A stretch of 21,958 nucleotides of DNA from Bacteriovoracaceae bacterium (GTDB lineage: Bacteria; Bdellovibrionota; Bacteriovoracia; Bacteriovoracales; Bacteriovoracaceae), in the NCBI GenBank assembly GCA_041586955.1, contig JBFGZE010000058.1, positions 1 through 21,958 on the forward strand. The letters run 5' to 3'. Position 1 is the stretch's first letter, and every line of letters starts with the position of its first letter. The translations under genes were made by a program, and so were the position numbers. The notes below the pieces were generated by a model that made no database searches, was not told where the DNA came from, and saw nothing but the letters and a program-made list of their open reading frames with translations. Positions 16,238 to 21,958 of the stretch are shown here, in pieces.

Positions 16238-16570
16238 TTAAAAAACTTGAGTTTTTTTAGAGTCACAATTGATATAAACGCTTTTGGTGTCACCAATTGT
16301 TTGTAAAATATTATTTTTGTTTTCATGATCGACAATGAGCTTATAGGATTTCAATGAATATCTCGTTTCATTCATAGTCGATTCAACTAAGGCGTTTCCT
16401 TCTAGGTTTCCATTGGGGCGAATGCGCTTACCATTTGACGTCACTCTCATTTTAACAAATCCATTATCATTATTTATAAGACGAATATTAAATTTACCGC
16501 ATGAAAGAAAGATCGAAGCGAATGAGTTTGATGATAAAAGTAAAAGACAGCCTGTGATGAAATGTTTCAT
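16238..16570 (-). CDS. Small secreted hypothetical protein (110 aa)
   Basis: Signal peptide MKHFITGCLLLLSSNSFA; GGAGAG RBS; one Cys near each end of the mature chain (possible disulfide). Confidence 0.8.
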   Translation of the reverse strand: MKHFITGCLLLLSSNSFASIFLSCGKFNIRLINNDNGFVKMRVTSNGKRIRPNGNLEGNALVESTMNETRYSLKSYKLIVDHENKNNILQTIGDTKSVYINCDSKKTQVF

Positions 16571-16745
16571 TTTAACTCTCCGGTTTGGTCAAAAAGATGA
16601 AATTCAGTTTGGCACCCAAATGCCATTTCTTCTTCTTTGGTCTCGGTGCCAAAGTCCATCATTAATCGGTAACACCATACCTCTCCCCTGGATTTGCCAC
16701 GAGTAGAGTGAAGTCTTTACAATTTCATGTTGTTACTTATTTTAA

Positions 16746-17651
16746 TTACAAGGGCTTATCGAAGTCCTCATTAAACTTTAGATGACGAGAGAGTCTTCTA
16801 ATGGGGTGTTGCTCATGGGTAAAATATATTTTAAATATCTCATACATAAAGTAATCACTATTATAAATAAGCTTTAATTTTTTATAAAAGGCGGCCCGTA
16901 ATGCTCTAATTTGAGGGGATTTATCTTTAATGACCTCCAGACTCAAAAAGGCCAAAATTTTTCCACTGGTTAAATGAGCGGGTCGCTTTGAGGTAATTTT
17001 TAAGGCCATATTAATCACTCTTAATTCCCAAGGCCTCATCGGATAGGGATTTACCTCACTTGCACATAGCGAAACTAAGGCCGTAAGGCCGGGTTGCCGT
17101 TTGGCAGTTAGATATCTTTCTAAGGCCGTCATCATTTCATTTTGGTTATTATAAACGACTCTTCCACCATAACCTTGATTATCAAATAGCCAGTCATTTT
17201 TTATTCCATAATGATAGAGCTCCCGGCAATAACCTAGTTGATAATCAAAAAGATAGTCTAAAACAATAAGGCCAATTTGTTCGTCTCGACTAAAGTGACG
17301 CTCAAAGGACTCAGGCCTGCGATTAAATAGTCCCGGAACAATTCTTAATAAAGCGACCTTCTCTTCTATATAATGAAACATACGCTCTTTAAATTTACCT
17401 TGGAGGCCTCCTAATCGATGGAGTAAAAAAAGATATTCACTGGTAAACAAAATAGGGTTTTCATTATCAAATTCAAAAGGCCCACCCCTAGGGCCAAGAC
17501 GCATAAACCCATTGGGCCCAAGCCAGAGCGCCTCCACTTCATCAATAATTTGCTCCACCTCATTTGCTGAAAGGGTAGCGGCCTGAAGAATTGAACTCGC
17601 AATGAATAGGTGAAAAAATAGCAATAAATTAAAGGCCTTTATCTTTTGCAT
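16746..17651 (-). CDS. Secreted hypothetical protein (301 aa), predicted mainly helical
   Basis: Signal peptide ending ILQA; no family recognised with confidence. Confidence 0.8.
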   Translation of the reverse strand: MQKIKAFNLLLFFHLFIASSILQAATLSANEVEQIIDEVEALWLGPNGFMRLGPRGGPFEFDNENPILFTSEYLFLLHRLGGLQGKFKERMFHYIEEKVALLRIVPGLFNRRPESFERHFSRDEQIGLIVLDYLFDYQLGYCRELYHYGIKNDWLFDNQGYGGRVVYNNQNEMMTALERYLTAKRQPGLTALVSLCASEVNPYPMRPWELRVINMALKITSKRPAHLTSGKILAFLSLEVIKDKSPQIRALRAAFYKKLKLIYNSDYFMYEIFKIYFTHEQHPIRRLSRHLKFNEDFDKPL

Positions 17652-17793
17652 ACCCGCACTCTAAAAACATCTCTTCCCTTAGTCCAACAACTTAAATCGT
17701 CAATAATTTTTATTGTAAACATTACAACAAAATGGGCTCCCCAATGCAGGCAGCCAAGCAACATGACACCCTGCGCAAAAACGAGGACCTAAA

Positions 17794-18465
17794 GTGAAGA
17801 CCTATCTCCTTATTCTTTCCATTTCCGCCATCTTTTTGTCCCTTTCAGGGTGCGGTAAGGATCGTCAGCAAAAAGAAATTGGCCATATTGCGAAGGCCGA
17901 AGCCTATCTTAATAATAAACAATATCTAGAGGCCATATATACCCTAAGGCGAATACCTCCCCGTATTTTGAAAGAAAAAGGCAAAGACGATTTGCTGGCC
18001 TATGCTTATCTTGGTTTCCTAGAACTCGATAGCAATCGTATTTATGAAATAATAAACAATGCTAAAAGTCATATCAAAACTGACTTTAGTGACGAAAGAC
18101 TTCACCAAGTCATGGCCATAATTCCAGACCTTGATAATAGACTCTTTCAACTTTTCAATTATGCGCTCATGGGCCTAGAAAAGAGTGAGGCCCTTAAAAG
18201 GCGTGATCCCGAACTGCGAAATTTCTATCTGGGAAATCTTTATGTCTACAGACTCCTGATCAACTTAAAAAGACTATACCGCATTCTAATTAAAATTGAA
18301 GAAACGAATCAAATGCCATCCACCCCTACCACTCCTCTTATCATTGCTCTTTTGGAAGATTTAGGTTTTATTGAAACTCATTATTCAAAGTCCTATACCA
18401 AATTAAGTCTATTGGTCAGGGAATTAGAGGAGAAACTCTATCTCTGGAATGGCAATGACAATTAA
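17794..18465 (+). CDS. Helical (TPR-like) lipoprotein
   Basis: GAGGA RBS plus GTG start; lipobox LSGC; AEAYLNNKQYLEAIYTL and LLAYAYLG TPR-like helices. Confidence 0.8.
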   Translation: MKTYLLILSISAIFLSLSGCGKDRQQKEIGHIAKAEAYLNNKQYLEAIYTLRRIPPRILKEKGKDDLLAYAYLGFLELDSNRIYEIINNAKSHIKTDFSDERLHQVMAIIPDLDNRLFQLFNYALMGLEKSEALKRRDPELRNFYLGNLYVYRLLINLKRLYRILIKIEETNQMPSTPTTPLIIALLEDLGFIETHYSKSYTKLSLLVRELEEKLYLWNGNDN

Positions 18466-19492
18466 AATATTAATAAACCTTTTGATTGTTTTTATTTCTG
18501 CACTAGGAGGGAGAACTCTACATGCGGGAGAACCACTCAATTATATTCAATCATCGCTCCTAAGGCTCTCCTCTCAAAATACAATAGAAAAATGGGTTTT
18601 ACCCTTTTTTAGACAAGAACCTGTGCAGATCAAAAAAATGAACTACACCTTTAAAAATAACTTCCTGGTTGTAGGAAATGGGGAATTACCAGGACTTTTC
18701 GATGATATTACTTCTGATAATGAGCCCCTGATGCAAAAAAGAATCAATGAAAGTTACGGTCAACCTACTGATACTGCCACCAAGATTTCTATAGGCGGAA
18801 ATTGGGGACGCTTCACCCAAGAACTCTCCTTTAACGCTGGAGAAGTTTTTATTCTCAATAACCCTGTATTTCCGGAGTTAGAAACTTTCCTCTTTTATGA
18901 TTTTTATAGTTCTACTTCTTATCGCTACCAACTTGATAATTCATTTGAATTAACCCCCAAATTGTCCCTAGGTCCCAGACGGATTATTCAAAAAACAATC
19001 ACCACCGGTGATCTTTTGGCCAAGAGTGATCTCTTTAAAATAAATAAACGTCCTTGGGTATGGTTTTTTGAATTATCTTTAGAAGCAAAATATAATGGCC
19101 TTTGGTATGAACTCTTACTAGAATTGAACTCCATTCCTCTAGTGGATAATGATCTTAATTACTGGGAGGTCAATCTTGGGGCGAGAAGTGCTAATCTTCT
19201 TCAACCATCGGAGAATAAAATTCTTCACTCTTGGGATCTCTTTGTCCTCTACTCCCCACTCTATGGCGGTGATTATGATGTCAGGCAAACCTGGAAATGG
19301 GGAACAGGACTTTACCTCTCAGAACATCTAGGTCTTGATATTTTCTTCAACAGAGAGCTAGATCCCTCGGGTTTAGTTAAATTGAGGCTTGATAATTTGG
19401 ATTTTAGTTTTTTTAGCATGGTCAAATATTACGATCATTTCAAATTACAAAGATCACGGTCTTTTGGCCTAAACCTCAGGGTTCAATTTTAA
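18449..19492 (+). CDS. Putative outer-membrane beta-barrel protein
   Basis: Signal peptide, alternating amphipathic beta-strands, C-terminal beta-signal FGLNLRVQF; overlaps the lipoprotein gene by 17 nt. Confidence 0.75.
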   Translation: MAMTIKILINLLIVFISALGGRTLHAGEPLNYIQSSLLRLSSQNTIEKWVLPFFRQEPVQIKKMNYTFKNNFLVVGNGELPGLFDDITSDNEPLMQKRINESYGQPTDTATKISIGGNWGRFTQELSFNAGEVFILNNPVFPELETFLFYDFYSSTSYRYQLDNSFELTPKLSLGPRRIIQKTITTGDLLAKSDLFKINKRPWVWFFELSLEAKYNGLWYELLLELNSIPLVDNDLNYWEVNLGARSANLLQPSENKILHSWDLFVLYSPLYGGDYDVRQTWKWGTGLYLSEHLGLDIFFNRELDPSGLVKLRLDNLDFSFFSMVKYYDHFKLQRSRSFGLNLRVQF

Positions 19493-20262
19493 AATCGATG
19501 TGTAAGTCCTGCGCGTAGAGCTCTGGTTTTGGTTCTAAAATTGAGCAGGCCTTCAGCAAAACCACGAAAATAATTAATGGTGAATGTTGGCAATAACTTC
19601 GCTCCTAAAAAACGAAAATTAAAACCTAACTCGTAACCACCACCAGTATCATCAAATAATGCTGAAAACTTTTTCCCTGTATAAACACGGAAGTATAATT
19701 GCTCATCTTGTAAAAAATATGGAAAAATATTGGTCAACACTAACATACTCTCAAGATAACCAATATATTGATCTAGATCCTCATTAAATTCTTCTTCTCC
19801 GTAAAGGGCGGATAATTTTAACTTCCAAGTAACTTCTAAACCGCCACTATATTGTCCTTTTAAGGCCAGACGGATATAAGTTTTATCAATAGACCTCGAC
19901 TCTTGCCCCGATCGACCATTGGAATTATGCTCATAGATCCCCAAATCTAAGTAAGGCGCCCAGTTTTTCTTTAAATCAACTCGATAAAAAATCTCTGGCG
20001 CGAATATAACATCTTGAATAGGTCGTGATGAATTCCAGACGTGCCAAATCATTTGCTGAGTATAACCCGCATAAAGATTGGTGCTTCGAAGGGCCGCATA
20101 TTTAAAACTAAATTGTAATTTAGCATCTGGTTTTCCAACTAAAACATAATTGCGTTTAAAGCGACTGAGTGGTTGCTCGCTCTGGACTTGATTGGTATCT
20201 AGCTCAACCCCGAGAATACAGGCATGAAAAAATGCGGTAATCATAATAGTCAAATTTCTCAT
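19489..20262 (-). CDS. pldA: Outer-membrane phospholipase A (OMPLA)
   Basis: KLQFSFK, LYAGYTQ...W, SSRP, PEIFY, EHNSNGRS..ESRS active-site motif, YFRGFAEGL, C-terminal Phe. Confidence 0.92.
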   Translation of the reverse strand: MRNLTIMITAFFHACILGVELDTNQVQSEQPLSRFKRNYVLVGKPDAKLQFSFKYAALRSTNLYAGYTQQMIWHVWNSSRPIQDVIFAPEIFYRVDLKKNWAPYLDLGIYEHNSNGRSGQESRSIDKTYIRLALKGQYSGGLEVTWKLKLSALYGEEEFNEDLDQYIGYLESMLVLTNIFPYFLQDEQLYFRVYTGKKFSALFDDTGGGYELGFNFRFLGAKLLPTFTINYFRGFAEGLLNFRTKTRALRAGLTHRF

Positions 20263-20523
20263 AGATCATAAAAGTATAAATAATATCGACGACAAATAAA
20301 ACAAAAAACATTTACCGCCCAAATTCAGACAAATCTCTCGCTTGAAATCTTTTCTATTTTTACTCCCGACCAGCGGCAATATTGTGCAAGGAGGATTAAA
20401 ATGAGAATCGCCATAAAAATGGGGGCGAAAAGGAGTCGTTTTTTGCTATAGCTATTTATGATATCTTGGATAAGGCTTTATCACTTTGGCGATTACCAGC
20501 GAGCTTGATTTCATCAATTTAAT

Positions 20524-21075
20524 CTAGATCATTAAATCCTGTTGCAGTATTTCTTTTTGTTCTTCAGTTAAGTTTACAATATTATTCATTAAAGGATGAT
20601 CACATCCCAATTTAATAGGACGTGATGGGCATTTAAACTTTAGAAATTGAACTGCTGAAAGCTTAAGATCACCAACTTGGTTAGCATCAAAACGGGCATA
20701 GGATTTCGATTTATCAGCAAATTCCAAAAAGATATGCTTTGGCAAGTCGATTAGCTCAGTTAGTTTAATTCTCCTCTCATTCGGATCATCAAACGCAATT
20801 AATAATGTACAACCAAGCTCCCCTTTATCCCCAAGAAGGTTATTATAGGTTGCCATTTCATGTAAAATGGCCTCTTCCTTAATAATTCTTTCTATACGCA
20901 TCATCTCTTGAATTTGATAACGAACAGTATCTTTATTCTCAAAAAGAAAGGTTAAATTCTCACCCAAAGAGACTCTTCGTTTATTTTTCTCCTTTAGGCA
21001 ATTGACTCGAATTTGATCTCTCTTTTCCGAGTAGGTGACATAATCCAATATTTCAATTCGTCCAACTTTTCTCAT
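20524..21075 (-). CDS. DUF3501 family protein
   Basis: K..RRVSLGENLTFLFENKDTVRYQIQEMMRIER, CTLLI, KLSAVQFLKF, GCDHP motifs; ATGA-coupled to the Fe-S oxidoreductase gene. Confidence 0.92.
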   Translation of the reverse strand: MRKVGRIEILDYVTYSEKRDQIRVNCLKEKNKRRVSLGENLTFLFENKDTVRYQIQEMMRIERIIKEEAILHEMATYNNLLGDKGELGCTLLIAFDDPNERRIKLTELIDLPKHIFLEFADKSKSYARFDANQVGDLKLSAVQFLKFKCPSRPIKLGCDHPLMNNIVNLTEEQKEILQQDLMI

Positions 21076-21958
21076 TCCTTAACTCCATTTTTTTGTACTT
21101 TGCGTGGGAAACCATCCTCTCGATAGGCCTTGGCCAATATAGACATGGGATGCATAGGCCTGATCCCAGCATGTTGAGTAAACTGAAGGGCGGCCAAAGG
21201 GCAATCCGTTGCCCAAATTTCAGTGTGTGTTTTTTTTAATGCACGAAAAGCTTTTTCACCAATTCTTTTAGAAGTATCGAAACTCTCTCTTTTCATAGCA
21301 TAAGTACCGTCATGGCCGCAGCATTCCATCACCATTTTAAGTTTGACCCCTGGAATTTTCATTAAGAGGTCTCTTCCTTTAAACCCAATCGCTTGTGCTC
21401 TTAAGTGGCAGGGAGCATGGTAGCCAATAGCATCTCCCGGTGTTGATTTAAAATCGCTATTGAATCGCTCTTCATTTCGTATAGACCATAAAAACTCCGA
21501 CGGATCCTGACAGGCCTCACTAATTTTTTTTGCATTTTTTTGATCTTTCGTAGGAAGAAGCGAGACATATTCCCTTCTCATCATCATTCCACAAGTTGGA
21601 TTAATCGATAGAACTTTTGCTCCCCTTTCAACATAAGGTAAAAGAAGGTCAATATTATGTTTGGCATTACTTCTTAGCGTTTCAAGATCACCATGCTCCC
21701 AAGATGGCATTCCACAACATTTAAGGCCTTTTACGCAGGCGATATTAACACCATTTTGTTTTTCCAAAACTTCCATAGTGTCTTTTCCGATAGATGGCTC
21801 ATTATTTTGCACATAACACGTTTGAAATAATACTGCTTCCACATTTTTTTCTATCTTAAATTTACCAGCTATCGAGGCCCACTTTTCAAATGTGGTGAAA
21901 GCGAACTCGGGCAATAACTTATCCCTATGAACCCCTAGGAGCTTTTCCATAAAAAAAC
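21072..21958 (-). CDS. CCG-domain Fe-S oxidoreductase (GlpC/HdrB-like), 5' end beyond the window
   Basis: FQTCYV, KCCGMP, NPTC, YHAPCHLR, ECCGHDG, TDCPLA: two CCG domains. The frame is open to the window edge, so ATG 21950 is probably internal. Confidence 0.92.
   Translation of the reverse strand, partial: FFMEKLLGVHRDKLLPEFAFTTFEKWASIAGKFKIEKNVEAVLFQTCYVQNNEPSIGKDTMEVLEKQNGVNIACVKGLKCCGMPSWEHGDLETLRSNAKHNIDLLLPYVERGAKVLSINPTCGMMMRREYVSLLPTKDQKNAKKISEACQDPSEFLWSIRNEERFNSDFKSTPGDAIGYHAPCHLRAQAIGFKGRDLLMKIPGVKLKMVMECCGHDGTYAMKRESFDTSKRIGEKAFRALKKTHTEIWATDCPLAALQFTQHAGIRPMHPMSILAKAYREDGFPRKVQKNGVKE

Noticed and set aside
16608..16653. TTGGCAC elements as sigma54 promoters
   Set aside because: GG-to-GC spacing is 9 nt rather than the required 10, or the -12 element is absent.
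345..19331. Other short antisense or alternative-frame ORFs in the track (e.g. 649-1002, 2278-2559, 2569-2976, 5307-5630, 6295-6753, 11169-11501, 16413-16706)
   Set aside because: Shadows of well-supported genes, with no recognisable motifs.
1..21958. CRISPR array, tRNA/rRNA, IS or prophage
   Set aside because: No regularly spaced repeats, cloverleaf, transposase, integrase or phage genes seen; intergenic gaps are all under 300 bp.

Overview
AT-rich bacterial chromosomal segment. Gene content and order suggest a predatory Bdellovibrionota, probably Bacteriovoracales (inference). Left: a sigma28-type promoter driving motA-motB (motB truncated at the edge), divergent from an HDOD gene and an MBL-fold hydrolase gene. 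Centre, minus strand: a fused rpsF-rpsR (S6-S18) ORF preceded by an S6:S18-type leader RNA, then DUF2232, rplI, a terminator, dnaB and an overlapping pabB-like gene. Right: a run of secreted/envelope genes (a translationally coupled 1017-aa uncharacterised protein plus 941-aa subtilase, a lipoprotein S1 protease with a sigma54-like promoter, an unannotated 58-aa CxxC protein, two secreted hypotheticals, a lipoprotein plus OM beta-barrel pair, pldA), ending with DUF3501 and a truncated CCG Fe-S oxidoreductase. No tRNA, rRNA, CRISPR or mobile element was seen. Best leads: the S6-S18 fusion with its retained leader, and the 1017-aa protein/subtilase pair.
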